The notes under the pieces were generated by a model. It had not been told where the DNA came from, made no database searches, and saw nothing but the letters and a program-made list of their open reading frames with translations. This document shows positions 1-13,424 of a DNA stretch of 64,000 nt, piece after piece. How positions within the stretch are numbered: position 1 is the stretch's first letter; every line of letters begins with the position of its first letter. Origin of the DNA: Fistulifera solaris (Eukaryota); assembly GCA_030295235.1 (NCBI GenBank), contig AP026164.1:1488001-1552000 (forward strand), read 5' to 3'. The position numbers and the translations under genes are program-made.

Positions 1-2451
1 TCGGCTTTCGTCGATCAGCTGTGCTAATGCATGCTGAAAGACCTCTTGCTCGACGCCCGCATTTTCTTCGAGATCCTCGACGCTGACAGTCTCTTGTTCT
101 TCGATACGCTCCCAAATGTAGTCTTTGACGGAATGAATCGGGTCTTGCCTGTCGCTACTTTGTGCATCGTTCTCGTCGTCGCTCACTCGAGCTCGAAGGT
201 TGTGCTCGTTCTCGGACGATTCGTTCCTTGTCTCATCGGAGAATGTTTCTCGCGTCCTCTTTCTGCTGACATTTTCGTGATATAGTGCAAAACTAAGAAT
301 GTCCATAGCGGCAGAACAGTCCGGCTCGGATTCAACAGTCTCGCTTAATCGAGCTTTCGCATGTGCAGTTGCCAGTCGGATGACTGTTTCCAAGCTACGT
401 GCAGTGATAGGTAGAGTTCGCTCGTCTTGACGAGCACGCATTTCCGCATACCGGTGCGCGATGAACTCTCTAGCGTCTTCGGTCAGTTTTGGCTGAATGC
501 GATGCTTGGCAAAATATAAATACTTCCGAAGGAAATCATGTTGTAGGACATCGCCGTCGTGGGGGTCTTCGTCATGTGAGGATCCCTGTTCCTCAACATA
601 GTGGCGATCGCGCTGCCATACGGAGTGGACGCGCTCTTCGCTTCGACCGAAGAAATCGTCTTCATCATCGTCATCGTCGTAATCACTGTCATGACCTGAT
701 GTCCCCCGGCCGCTGCGGTATCGATGCCCCCTAATGACATGTGATGCAATCCTCCGGTCCGTCTCCGGATCCATCTGATCAAGAACGACAAAAAGCAAAT
801 CGAAACGGCTCAGAAGTGAGTCGGGAAGACCGATGTTTTCCTGAATACGGCGGTGACGATCGTATTGTCCGTACACAGGGTTAGCAGCTGCAAGAACGGA
901 ACAACGCGCGTTTAAGCTAGCATGAATTCCGGCCTTGGAAATAGTGACAGTCTGTTGTTCCATGGCCTCGTGGATTGCAACGCGATCACTTTCCCCCATC
1001 TTGTCGAATTCGTCGATACAAACGAGACCACGATCGGCCAGCACCATGGCACCTGCCTCTAAGCGGCGCTCTCGAGTTTCTGGATCGGAAGTGATGGCCG
1101 CAGTAAGACCAACACCAGATGAGCCTTTACCAGTTGTTGAAACAGCGAGAGGTGCGATCGTCATAGCGGACCGAAGAAGTTGACTTTTCGCAGTCGATGG
1201 ATCTCCAACCATGAGGATATTGATATCACCTCGAAGATGTGTACCATTCTCTAAGTTTTTCTCCACCCCAGATAGCAACTGCAAAGCAAGAGCTTTCTTG
1301 ATGACAGCATGTCCGTGAATGGACGGACATATACTTCGTCCAAGTACCGACAAGATATCCGGACGTTCCGCCAAACCACGAATGTTTCGAATGTCTTCAG
1401 TGCGAATGTCCATTTGATTAGCATCTCTCCCCAAAATTTGAACGCTATTCACAAGAACAACGGTACGGAATACGCCAGATGAACTTTGTTGCCCTTGACC
1501 CCCCAGCGCAAGAGCTCTGTAGACTCCAACAATCATAACCCTATCGCCAGGCTTTACTTTGTCAACGAGATCATGATCCATAACCAATTCAACCGAGCGA
1601 GGTAATTGTCCCATCGGAGCCTTTTCCGGCATCTCTTGTAGCGTAATTGTTTGATGATCTTTGTATTGACTCAGACCAAACTCCGTCTCCAAGGGATTTC
1701 CGTCTTTATCTTTCGTGGGATAAATACCTGTTGTGATTTTCACGATTCGATCGATTTCCTGGCCACTGCTATCAACGTCGCGAAGACCAAGTCGGGGGTC
1801 TGTGGCATCAACATGCTCACGTGAAGTAAGGGAACCATTGTCGGGTCTGTAGTGCACCGATTTCACAACTTTGGGCTTAATCGTTGAAACCTTTGTAGCC
1901 ACACCTTCGACGCACACTAGTTGCCGAAGTGTGCTGGAAGTAAGGTCACGGGGAGAAGAAGCAGCTGCATCGACAGGGCCTTTGATAGATACTTTGATTT
2001 CTAGAAATGACGGTCGAGGGTAAGTTTCACTAGCGGTGGCATTTCGAATATTGAAAGAACCAATGGTGCACAAACATACCTTCTTTCAAACCACCCGGTA
2101 TTTCTTTCTCGGCCGCCTCTACACACGCTCGCTCCAAAGCACGCAAATGACGCAGGGGATCCAAGCGAAACTCTTGCCACAAGCTCGTATCATCCGCTGA
2201 ACGTAGCTCAACTGCATCGAAAACAACACGCACGCAACCTGTCGCTGCTGCCGGATTCGCTCGTTTTAAAGCATCATAATCACTAGCACTGGTCCTGATT
2301 CTTTCCCCGAATTGAAAACGCTGAATAATATCCAGAAAACCATGAGAAAAGAAAGTAATCGATGAGCAAAGCTGCTTTCATCGCGTTGACTCACATCATT
2401 CTCAACAAAAGCCGTATAGCGCTGCACCAAGTCTCTGTAGCTCTCCCCCAT
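1..2451 (-). CDS. MCM3: DNA replication licensing factor MCM3 (3' end runs off the window; two 5' introns at about 2321-2394 and 2003-2079)
   Basis: Minus-strand translation gives GTHLRGDINILMVGDPSTAKSQLLR (Walker A, MCM3-type PSTAKS), LVCIDEFDKM (Walker B), DSLLSRFDLLF (Arg finger) and ITLQEMPEKAPMGQLPRS; ATG MGESYRDLVQRY at 2451. Confidence 0.93.
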
Positions 2452-3048
2452 TCTGAACACCAATTATAAATTATGTGCGCAATATGTCTTGTAAAATCAA
2501 CACGCTGTCGTTTTGTTTCACGACGGCTTGGTTGCATCAAGACAATCAAGTGAAAATAAACAAACAAGGTGCTTCTGTTTCTTCGTCGGCAATGCCCGCG
2601 TCTTCCATCCAACGATGTATGGCTGACATAGCCATCGGATTCAAACTAGAGTACATGTCAAGACACAGCTCTACTTACTTAAGTATTAGTCGTCCATACA
2701 TTAATGTAGTTGTGAACTGGCGCGCGTCTTAGTATCAGTATTTTGTACTTAGGAATTTAAATGACACACCCTGCCGTCCTGCCGTGCTCGCTTTCCCGAC
2801 CGGCTCGGAAGAGTACACTTTTGTATTTGGAAAGGGAACGATTGTGCGTGATTCAAGATTTTGTTTCAATCACAAGACTTTTTTTCGGATATCACGCCCG
2901 TGAATGAGAGCGCACTCGGGACATGATAAACAAGGATTTCGGCTGCGTTCGATCCAGATCAGCGGCTTCACTGCGAAAACACCATGATAATCGAGTGTTG
3001 TCTGTATGTATTACTTTACCCTGTCAGCAACGCTTTTAACGAAACAAA

Positions 3049-4221
3049 ATGCCCCTTGAGTCATGTATGATCCTGTTGGACTGTTCCGAATACATGAGGA
3101 ACGGTGATTACATTCCGACGCGACTCGAAGCACAAGTTGATGCGGCGAACATGCTGGTCGGGGCCAAGACACAGTCGCATCCCGAATCGACTGTGGGCAT
3201 TAGCGCAGGAACTGAACTTTTATTGAGCCCAACGACCGATGTTGGTATGATGCTTCGAGCAATTCACGGTCTGAATTTCACATCAAGCGTAGACGATATA
3301 TGCGCCGCGGTACAGGTAGCGGGTCTCGCTTTAAAGCATCGTCGCAACAAAAATGGATCTCAGCGAATCATTGCGTTCGTCGGATCTCCTCTCACAGATG
3401 TAGAAACACGAGCACTTCAAAAGGTGGGTCGACAACTGAAGAAGAATAACGTTGCAATTGATGTTGTGGCCCTGGGCGAGCTTGAGACGAACGAAGAAAA
3501 ATTGCGTGAATTGGTGGATGCCGCCAATGGACGTTCGGATGATGGTGGAGATCGTACGTGTCACTTGGTCACAATTCCGGCGGGAGTTTTACCCAGTGAT
3601 GTGCTTGCCAACAGCCCCGTACTTGCGGCTGACGGGGGCGCTTACGCCGCTGCAGCGGGGGCCATGGCGACGAGCGGATTTGATGGTGGAAATCAGTTTG
3701 CCGAGTTTGGCGGAGTGGACCCCAATATGGACCCCCGAATTGGCTATGGCATTGCGTGTGAGTATGGAAGAAGAGCGCGTCCGACAAGAACGTGCCACCG
3801 CTGCGGCAGCACAAGAAGAGAGCAAAGACGCTGACATGGCGGGTACAGCTGCGGCTGATGCTGGTCTTTCGGAGGAAGATGCCCTTTACAGCAAGCATTA
3901 GCCATGTCAATGCAAGAGAATGATCCGGTACCTTCTGGGGACATAAAGCCGTCGGCTGCGGCTACCATGATGGAGACGGATGATGACGAAGATGCCGCCA
4001 TGCTCATGGCAATTCAAATGTCCATGCAAACAGAAGAGAATGATTCAAAACCATCTCAAGAAAGCACATCAAATCAGCAGTTTCAAGACCCTGCTTTTGT
4101 TAGCGAGCTCTTAGGATCGATGCCCGGTGTCGATGCGAACGATCCGGAAATTCAGGAAGCGCTAAGAAAGGCAGCAGCGAAGAAAGAAGACGAAGAGAAG
4201 GGCAAGAAAGGAGACAATTAG
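3049..4221 (+). CDS. RPN10: 26S proteasome ubiquitin receptor RPN10/PSMD4 (VWA domain plus UIMs; two apparent frameshifts near 3735 and 3890)
   Basis: MPLESCMILLDCSEYMRNGDYIPTRLEAQ, ALKHRRNKNGSQRIIAFVGSP, then GVDPNMDPELAMALRVSMEEER and further UIM-like helices across ORFs 3049-3834, 3452-3901 and 3904-4221. Confidence 0.93.
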
Positions 4222-4824
4222 ATTCGTAAATTACTAGTTTTATCAAGTAGTTGAGAGCTCCTTCGTTTCACTTGCAATGACCATATAGACATGCACCGTC
4301 ATTCTTACCCCTTAAACAACTTCCTCAAGAGTACATTGACTAAATAAGATTTCGAACAAAGTTTGATGGGGATTCTCGCTCCTTCATAACAACATCCGCG
4401 TAGTAATTTTCAAGAATGCTCTGCAGCAACACAAGTATCGAGTAGTTAACCTTTGAAGAGACGAAATGCAAGAACCGATTATTCTTGTCGAATGGAACCC
4501 AGAATATGAGTTAAATCTTTAACCTTTGTCTATTATTTCTGGAGAATACTCGCTCAAATGATTAGATTCATGCTTGACAAGTAACACAAAGACGATTTTT
4601 TAAGGATTTCTTGTTTTATACGTTGAAAATCGTCCCGTGTCCTCGACAAAAGGTTACTATAGCACAAAGTGTTGTCCGTTTTTGGCCATGACTGGATTTC
4701 AGTCACGAAAGCGTTGAGAACTTCGCGAACAACACGGCGCGTATAAACAACCATGGTGTCGCCCCCCTGTTGAAGCAAAGAACATACCTATAACTTTCAT
4801 TTACATTTCAATTGATCTCAAACA

Positions 4825-5220
4825 ATGCTTCACATCGTGTACATGCTACACAATCTGGAAAAGCTCTTTCTCAAGATATATCACGCGCAAGACAAGCGTG
4901 TGATTATTGAAGAGTTAGGGATTTCCGGAAGCATCTTGTTCGTCATCGTTGTCGTGAGCATTATCTATTGTATCACATCACGTGTGTTCCGTCATTTCGA
5001 GGTTCGAGAATACGATGATTTGAGAGACTTTCTTCTCGAAGCTGGTGACAACGAAGTGGGTCACGTCCATGAAACAGATGAAGAAGGAGGGATTTTGGAA
5101 GCTTCTTTGGATGATTTATTCCCTAACGTTCTTTCGACGGAAAGAGATAAGAAGAAGAAACAGAAGAGGCAGCATAGAAGGAATGCAACTTCCGAAGAAG
5201 AGAAAGAAGGTGATGTTTAA
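4825..5220 (+). CDS. Small single-pass membrane protein, unknown function
   Basis: 131-aa ORF with one hydrophobic segment (ISGSILFVIVVVSIIYCIT) and a charged tail. Confidence 0.5.
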   Translation: MLHIVYMLHNLEKLFLKIYHAQDKRVIIEELGISGSILFVIVVVSIIYCITSRVFRHFEVREYDDLRDFLLEAGDNEVGHVHETDEEGGILEASLDDLFPNVLSTERDKKKKQKRQHRRNATSEEEKEGDV

Positions 5221-5448
5221 GCACCAGAAGTTGCGGAAGAAAACGAGTAATGCAAAGAATCGGTGTGCATTAGCAAATAAGGAGCTGTCGAGAAAATGCG
5301 GTGTCTAAATCATAAATTTATTACTTCATCTAGCATTGCTCTTCGAGCCCATGTGCAATAAAAAATTCCGCCTCTATATCGAACTACCATTGTTTGATCC
5401 GTGAAGGACGCCATCCCTTTTCGTTCGTCTCAACCAGCACGAAGCACC

Positions 5449-6129
5449 TCATATCTCTATCTGAGACGACGCAAAAACCCCTCGCACACTTGTAGCATTA
5501 GATATTTCAGCTTCTCGTCGTCGAAAAATGTCCAAGGGAGTTTCAGAGGTTGTGTCTTTCATTTCGACAGCTTGTGGGGCAACTTCAAGAAGCTGGGACA
5601 AAAGTGCTAAAGGAATACAATCATGCCGCGCCATTAAATAATGCAACGGAGTCCTCAATTCCATAGTATCTGGCAGTTGCACCGCCGAACGGTTCGCGTC
5701 AACAATCCGCATCGCAATAGTCGTGTCCGAATTGCTATTCACTATTTCGTCGTTTCCTGACGTGACATAAAGCTCCATGCAAACAATGTGCAAAACGGTC
5801 CTACCAAAGCCATCCTTAACTGAGGTAATTGAATGATTCGCCTCGAGAATGCTTTCTACAGCGTTTCGCTTCCATTCCTGCATGTAACTTCGGGTCGTTT
5901 CATCCGCACAGCGCGTCGAATGTCGCAATAGGCGATGCAAGGCCGTATCATGGGGAGGATACTTGTGTACATAAAAGGTTTCTTTTGGATGAGATCGACA
6001 TCGTGCTGGAATTAAATCCCAATTATTTCCCGAAGATGCATATTTGTATAGTTTGGGCAACCGGAATCGTTCGTAAAAGGCGTAAGCGACCTGTTCGCGA
6101 TAGCAGCATTGCAATTGGTCGCCGGTCAT
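5449..6129 (-). CDS. Ankyrin-repeat protein
   Basis: Ankyrin-like motifs DTALHRLL, DGFGRTVLHIVC, RTPLHYLM, DTTSETPLD; probable start MTGDQLQ at 6129 within ORF 5449-6234. Confidence 0.75.
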   Translation of the reverse strand: MTGDQLQCCYREQVAYAFYERFRLPKLYKYASSGNNWDLIPARCRSHPKETFYVHKYPPHDTALHRLLRHSTRCADETTRSYMQEWKRNAVESILEANHSITSVKDGFGRTVLHIVCMELYVTSGNDEIVNSNSDTTIAMRIVDANRSAVQLPDTMELRTPLHYLMARHDCIPLALLSQLLEVAPQAVEMKDTTSETPLDIFRRREAEISNATSVRGVFASSQIEI

Positions 6130-6522
6130 GGTAGTAGAGATCCGCGAAAGGCTATTGAACGTGTATTGCTTGCTGAACAAGATGTAAGCTAAGGAACGTA
6201 ATTGTTGCGTGGCAATTGACTCTCTCAACATCAAACTTTCTTCCTTGTTCTACCAGGTACAAGTATTGTGAGTTTTTTTTGCCGTGTGGTGCACATTGCA
6301 CATGAAGGCGCGAACGTGCGACAACGATGACGTAATAATCAACTTACAGTAACAATGAGTGTCTTTTTCACGACTAAAATCTCTGTACGGTACCATTCCA
6401 AGTTCTCCAGAGTGCGAAATATTTTGAGTGCCTCAAAATGTGAGCAGGCCAGCATCAAATAGTACCGCTCCGACATATCCCCTTTCATTCACTTTTTCGT
6501 TCAAGGAGGAACGTGTTTCACC

Positions 6523-8312
6523 TCACTTAAAACAATCAACATCATGATCAGGAACAGGATGAGCCTGTGATTTTTCAAGTAAGCAAGAGAGATGTCCACC
6601 CAATGATCGGTATCGATGAATAAAACAGCATCGATCATGACGCTGGCAACTTTGAGATGCTTCGAATTCCGTGCACCATTGAGGATCTTGAATACGCAGT
6701 TTGAGCCAAGCGGAATGGGACAAAATTGGGGTGGCAGGATCGGTACTAGCTTCTTCGGATGCATTCGCATTCACCTGTCTGCGCGTGGAGAGCGAAACGC
6801 CTTCCGGCAAACAACCATTTATGTGACCCATTTTTGATTCAACCTCTTGAAGACGGCTTGGAGGTTTCGAAATCGGTGCGACAGCATCCTTCCGGGGGGC
6901 CTTGAGATAAACTTTTTGATCACAAACACAGGGTAAATTGCTATCCGGTAAAAGTGGGCAAGAAATACGCTCCGATACCAGCTCACCTTCCTCAAGATGG
7001 CCATCGATGAGACTCTGACACACCGTTAAGCTTCGCAGCGATTTCAGCGCATTATAGTAATCATTTGCTCAATCTGTGATTTCCGTAGCTGTTGAAGCTC
7101 ACCATTAGTGCCAGCAAGATGCTCTACTTTTGCTGAGCCATAGCAAAGGGGAACAAAACGGAGTTTTCAAAACGGGATCCGCACCTGCAGATAGAACTGA
7201 TTGAAATGCTGGCACGTCGTACAAAGCGATCGTGGCGTGAAGAAGTGCAAAGTGCTTTTCAGCACCAAAATGAATGTCCACTGAGAGTTTCGCTCCTTTG
7301 GATTCATCCAAATCATTGTTAAATGATTGAATTGAATTTACGCCCTCACGAATATACTTGAGTGCTTCATCCTTTTTCGCCTCTCATCTGGGGTGGCTTT
7401 TCGGGAGACGCTGAAAGTCTACGTGAGAAAGCCTCCCCAATTATCGTTGACGTCATTCTTGTGTAATCAGCACAATCACAACCCACTTTGAACGCAGATA
7501 GGCCAGATTCCAAAATTTCCACGGTACCCAAACATGTTGCAATGTTTACAGCGACAGGTCTCGCCATTATGCGAATTACAGTCTTCCTATTTGTTTCCAC
7601 GTATTTATTAAAGCTGATGGAGTAAGACAGATTGGATACTTGAATGACCTTCGGATTCCAAGGATATCGAAGACTTGTAGGTAATGTTAAGGTATCCCAT
7701 GCCGACACCTGGTCTGCTTCAAGGTAAATGGAACAATGACCATGGTTGATACTCTGTGGAAGTTGTAAGTTTCTTATTGCTACAACTTGGATATCGAATT
7801 TCTCCCAGAACCGAACGCTCGAGCTAAGTTAATAGCTCGAAGTGTTCGCGCGAATTTTTAATAACTTATCCTTCCTTTCCCGATCGCTGCATTCCTTTCG
7901 AGTAGCATGTCGAGCCTCGGCGAAATGCCTAACTGTGAGCTCATCTTTGTTTTCCATTCTTCTGCCCCTCTTATGAGCAGGATGAATATACTCAATCAGG
8001 GGCGTATATAGTGCCCCCTTGCTATTGCGCGTCTTCCAGACTAGCGAAACAAGAGTGACAATTAGAAGTGAACATGAGATCACTTTGTCGCCCTTGAGTC
8101 TCTTCGCTTGCATAAGTGCTACACTGCTCGTCAGAATTTCGTCTCGGTAAAATTTCCTTGTCGAGTCGAAACTATTAAAGTGTACTTTTCAGCGACGCTA
8201 ACCGTAACAGTAGACAGCTTCTTCTTGAGGGGAAAACAATCCGACTGTAAAAAACCATCCCAGCCTTTTAAGCTCGGCCCGTGCCACTCTCCTTCATCGC
8301 CCCATTGCGCTC
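6523..8312 (-). pseudogene. 3' part of multidomain gene paralog A (C2-like, ankyrin, one CCCH-like finger), separated from its 5' part by the Copia insertion
   Basis: Fragments align to paralog B at 21.9-23.7 kb: LSYSISFNKYVETNRKTVIRIMARP vs LFYSISFNKYIETNRTIKIRVMARP; ALLHATIALYD vs TLLHAAIAMYD; CTEFEASQSCQRHDRCCFIHRYRS vs CRYFEKSQRCPRHGNCHFIHRYRS. Confidence 0.8.
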
Positions 8313-8766
8313 TCTCACGTATCGACGGACAGAAACAGAAATTCTGTCAACCAAGTCGCTACGTTTCGCAACAACAGAAGAGGAAGTATCTGGTAGAGCT
8401 AAGACGATAAACAGTCAAAGTTTTCCAAACAACAATATTATGAAGCCTTTACAAATCCGACAAATGAACAAGGTGGAATCTCACTGGGTGATGGTTCCGC
8501 CGAGAATGTCACTCTGCCATCGGACTAGGTCTTGTTTTATCTTGAAATTCTGAGCTCACGTATGTGGCTCTAACATTCTTGTATCGCGTTGCTTGCAAAC
8601 CTTTCACGCCTTCACGATCAACCCAAATCGTGCAAAGACCCTTGGGCCTCGCCCAAGAGGTTACACTCCGGATGCTTCCGATTTGGGGATCGGAATTCGC
8701 ATTAGGTCGTGCGGCCATATTGGCTGAGTCCCTAGTAGTCTGCCCGCTATCCGCATTTCCGTGACA
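8313..8766 (-). repeat. 3' LTR (454 bp), preceded on the element strand by polypurine tract GAGAGGGAG (8767-8775)
   Basis: Direct repeat of 14954-15407; element-strand ends TGTCACG...CGTGAGA. Confidence 0.96.
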
Positions 8767-8775
8767 CTCCCTCTC

Positions 8776-11700
8776 AGACGAAGAGGGACCACTTTCAACC
8801 CAACCCATTAACTTGTCTCGAAGATAGGTAAATGTTTCCCTAGGCATTCCTTTCGTCATGATATCTGCAAGCTGTTCTTTAGTGTCAATCTTGTTGATTT
8901 TCAATTCACCACTTTGAACATGTTGTCGGAAGAAATGATACTTCGTGCCGTAGTGCTTCGAGCGAGGGGTCATCCGCGGAATCGTAGCAAGAGTGAGCTC
9001 CATTATTGTCTTCAAATACATCCGAATGGGCAATGCTCTCGACTTGGTCTTCTCCAGTAATAGCCTTAGCAACAGCAGTAACAAGTCTTCGCATCGGCAA
9101 AACATCGCGCATGGCGGTACTCAATGCGACATATTCACTCTCCATTGTACTTAGAGAGATTTCAGACTGTAGCTTCGATACCCAAAGTAGGGGGCAATTG
9201 CCGAGCGTCAAAATATAACCAGTACGCGACTTCACACTTATCGGATCTTCAGGATCTTCAGCACCCCACAATCCGGCAAAGTCGGCATCAACAAAACAAT
9301 CAATTTTCAACTCTTTCGCCGGACGCATCACCAAACCACGATCTGCCGTTCCTTTTAAATAGCCGGACGATTCTCTTGATCGCTTTAGCATGACTTTGTC
9401 TTGGCGAATGAGTGAAACGAAGCACTGATGGACGGCAAATGCAATATCCGGTCGAGAGTTTGACGACAAGTAGAGCAACATTCCGACAACCGAAGCATAA
9501 TTCCAAGACTCGGCAAACGCAGCACCAGCCAAATCTTTTCCCAATGGCTTGTTTTCAGCAGGCGTGTCGCAAGAATTACAATCAGCCATGTCGGTGGCTT
9601 CGATGACGCGTTTAATGAGACCTTTCTGGGTCAACTCGATAGTATCTCCACGACGGGTAAACTGAATTCCCAAGAACGCCGGAAACATCTTTCGACTCCA
9701 CAGTTGAAGTTAAAACCTTGTCAATAGTGTCAATCATGTCATCCATGCACTTTTCATCGAGACTGAACCAAAGGCAATCATCGACATAAGTCAAACAAAT
9801 AATTTTCGTGCACGAACAGGCAAGCATCGATGTCGACCAACTGTTTGAAACCATGCTTCTCCAAAGTGTCCTTCAATAAGTTGAAGAATCGGAGAGGACT
9901 GTCGGACTTGCCGTAAAGCGTCTTTTGGAGCATCAAAACAGTATCTTCGCCATCGTCGTGAAATCCTTGAGGCATCTCGATGTAGCACTCTTCAGTAGGT
10001 GGCAAAGGAGCTTGAGCGAACGCATTGACATAATCAACTTGGCGGGTATGCATTCCGTGGACGATGGACATAATTAACAGCAACCGAACTGTGGACCACT
10101 GTACGACAGGAGAGTAGGACTCGAAGTAGTCTACTCCTTTTATCTCCATGTCGCCACGAACGCAAAATCTCGCCTTGTACTTTGTGGGTGTCCCATCCGG
10201 TGAACGTTTAAGCCGAAACGCCCAAGTGGATTTTATCACGCGCTTATTCGCGAGGTACTGAAGCTCGCGAATTTTCTTCCACGTCCCCATCATCTCCAAC
10301 ATTCGAATTTCTTTCACCATCGCCTCTTGCCATTCTCGATATTCGGCAGACGACATTGCTTGATGATACATTGGATAGTCGGGATCGGAACCTTTCTTTG
10401 GCTTCTTTGCACGCTGCATAGCGGCGAAAGCAACAGGGTCGCGCAAATCAAACTCGCCGATCTCCGAATCCCAACAAGCAACAAGGCCGGAATGAATCGA
10501 CGCAATAAAGGAGAAAGTTTCGCTAGGAATCGGGCGCAAGAACAACCGAAGCAACGTTTGTAATAAATTCGTTGAATCTCTTTGGAGCACGTCTCGCGAG
10601 TGGATCGGCGAGGTTCGGCAGGAACCGCTGGTGTCTTCTTCCGCGGCGAACTTGATGGAGGCTTGGCATCCACAGCAACCTTTGGAGCAGGAATCGGCTC
10701 AACCGGCTTTGAAATAGGCTCAGATAATTTAACAGGAGTAGTAACTGTCTTTTGTTCTGGCTCCCTCTGCAATGTAGGCTCGTTTGAACTCTTTTCAGTT
10801 GTAGGCTCGGCATCGGTTCGTAATCGCTGGTGCACTTTGTCGAAATCAACTGGAGGGCTAGCAGTGTCTTGGACGCTTCGAATTTTGCGAGATCGCTCTT
10901 GAATTCGAACATGCAACTCATCTTGACTCAACCATTCATCATCCAAGTCGATCGGATCATCCTCATCGAAAAATACCTGAAAGCGAGATGATGCGAAGAT
11001 GTCGGCCCAAGTCTCCGGATCGACAGAATCATCCTCATTAACAACATTCGAAACAGTGGCAAACCAATCATCAACAACAACATGGAACTGCGCGGAAATC
11101 CGGTTTGTTTCTAGGTTCAGAACGACAGGAACATTCGATGCATGCCGCTTTGACAAACCCAAGAAAACGCCGCGTCTCGAGCGAGGTTCAAATTTCGGAA
11201 TCTTGTGCCCATCTTGCAACTGAGGGTTCAAAATATAAGCGGGTGATCCCCATACATGCATATCAGCAAACACTTTCCGATCGGTCGTTGTTCTGAAGAT
11301 CATATCAGCCGGAGATGAATTATTTTCGCCGGGTCCGTAGTTGAAATTTTGAACGACATAATCGATCGCCTGAGGCCACAAATCCGAAGAAATCGCTTTC
11401 GGCCAACGCAGTTTAGCATGTAGCATCGTGGTGCGTGCGAGAGATATAATACTTCCGATCGCGCGCTCAGCAACAGCATTTTGGTGGTGAGCACCAGGTC
11501 CACTGAGAGTCATCGACTGGTAGTTCGTATCAATTTGCTTTGCGAACTCCTGCGCCCGTAAACGTGCCATTGTCGGTATGATATTGGACCACCGTGATGC
11601 CGTGATTAGCCATTGCACTTTCGAACTCCAACTTGGCGCGCAAAGCCTCGCCAGCAGTAAAATTCAAAACGTGAACGACATACACGAAGCCACTTGCATG

Positions 11701-13424
11701 ATCGACAAAAATAACAACGCCTTTGAACTTCTCATCATCCTTGGTACCACCGAAACCAGAGTAGAGACGACCTCTCGTTGAAACAGAGAAGTGATCCATT
11801 GAAACCTTCTGGCCCGGAATTAAAATATCCTTCGAGAGAACTTTGGATTGGCGATCGACGGTCAATTTCGCTCCAGTCGACTTGCGCTTTCCTTTTCCAT
11901 ACATACAAGCAGCGACTTGGGAATATCACAACGCGCCGCCGCTTTGACTTCAGCAGAATTTCCGAGAGCGCCGGTTTTGAGCAAGGCTTGAATATTTTTC
12001 ATGCTTCGGTGAACAAATCGGAAATGTAAGCGAAGAAGAAATTTCTGTGCTTCACTCAAGTTTTGATTCTCAGCCGCGGTCACACAGTTTCGAATCTTTG
12101 CAGCATTGAGAGCAACAGATTGTTTTCGGAACATCTCCAGAGTAGGCAAGTTGTTTTCCGGAGAGTAAACAATATCAAGAAAGTGGCCGTCCAACAGATC
12201 GACATGAATGAGGCTCGAGTCGCCTGAAAAACGCGGTTCGTCGTTTCGTTGCGCCTTCACCAATTGACAGTAGGACTGTGGGCTGAAGAGTCGGACATTG
12301 GCATCGGGCACATGTAATCCAGGGACCCGAAAAGTAAAGCCCTTGCCGTTGGACAGAGTAACAGTCCACTCAAGAGTGCCCGTGCCGGCAATCGAAGAAC
12401 CTGCAGCAAAGCCAGACAAAACTTTATCGCCAGTAGTCGGAGTGTAGGACGTGAAGTCAGCACGGTCGAAAGTAACAGCAACTGTGGCTCCAGTATCCCA
12501 AATAACCGGAAACAGATCCGCCATGGTAGGCTTTCCAGCGACATGCACTTGATGCAAAGCAGGGAGGGCATAAATAGACGGGGGCAGCTTCGCGTACGGT
12601 GCAAAGTAGGCTTTAGAGTTGTCTACACTATTATCTCCCTCTCGAAGCAACATCGTCTCACTTTCACTAGCAGCTCCCTCTGGAAAGAAATGCCCAGTGG
12701 GATAGCAAAACAGAAGAGAGTCGTCCAGTAGGTTCCAAGGCTTAGGATGCCCGTTCGGCGGACACGATAAATCTAAAGACTCGGTACACAAATGGCCATT
12801 GCTGTCAATCATATCCGGAAGCTCCAAGGCCCAACGAGGAATCGCTTCGAAGTCTTCGACGACGTTTGCTCCTCTCGCAGTTTCGACAAAACGATTTTGC
12901 TTGCGACGCCGAAAAACACCATCCTCACCATGCTGACAAGACGAATCTTTTGAAGATGAAGAAGGATCAGGAGGTCGGCAAACGTCGGCTGCGATCACTT
13001 GGATGAAACTGGTAGCAGCCATGCCAGGCGGGCACCAAGTTGACTCCATAAACAACACCGGGGGCGCCGAGCGTAGCGTCACTCGCCACATGCTCGTCAT
13101 GATCGAAGAAAGCACCATGAAACGACACGGGAGAGAGATGAGACGCTCGGGCAAAGGCGTGAATCGCGGCCGAAGACCAAGAGAGAAGCGATGAGCGGCA
13201 CTTTGGGCACGCAACCACTTCGAGATGGTCGCAGCAACACGGAAATGACGCCACCAAGAAAAGCACTCCACAATCAACCAGCAAAGAATAAAATGCTTGA
13301 AAGCTCCAACAATAAACGACCGATAAATATGGACAAAAGGCTCAGGAAGGGACCTCGATCGAAGGTTCACCTTGCCTGCCGATTTCCTATTCGAATCGCT
13401 GTCGGAACCCCAACAGAACTGCAA
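8776..13424 (-). CDS. pol: Copia pol (protease, pre-integrase/integrase, reverse transcriptase, RNase H), frameshifted in this assembly
   Basis: PVIWDTGATVAVT (protease); LHFRFVH...CMYGK (HHCC); KVSMDHF, YHTDNG and HHQNAVAERAIG (integrase D,D,E); KYKARFCVRGD, QVDYVNAFAQA, LTYVDDCL (RT); CFVDADFAG, STMESEY, EQLADIMTK (RNase H). Confidence 0.93.

Noticed and set aside
31..1183. Short ORFs at 31-285, 483-791, 489-734 and 935-1183
   Set aside because: Antisense or off-frame shadows of MCM3.
8509..8766. RNase H ORF extending through the 3' LTR as an extra domain
   Set aside because: The extension is simply LTR sequence in an open frame and shows no recognisable motif.
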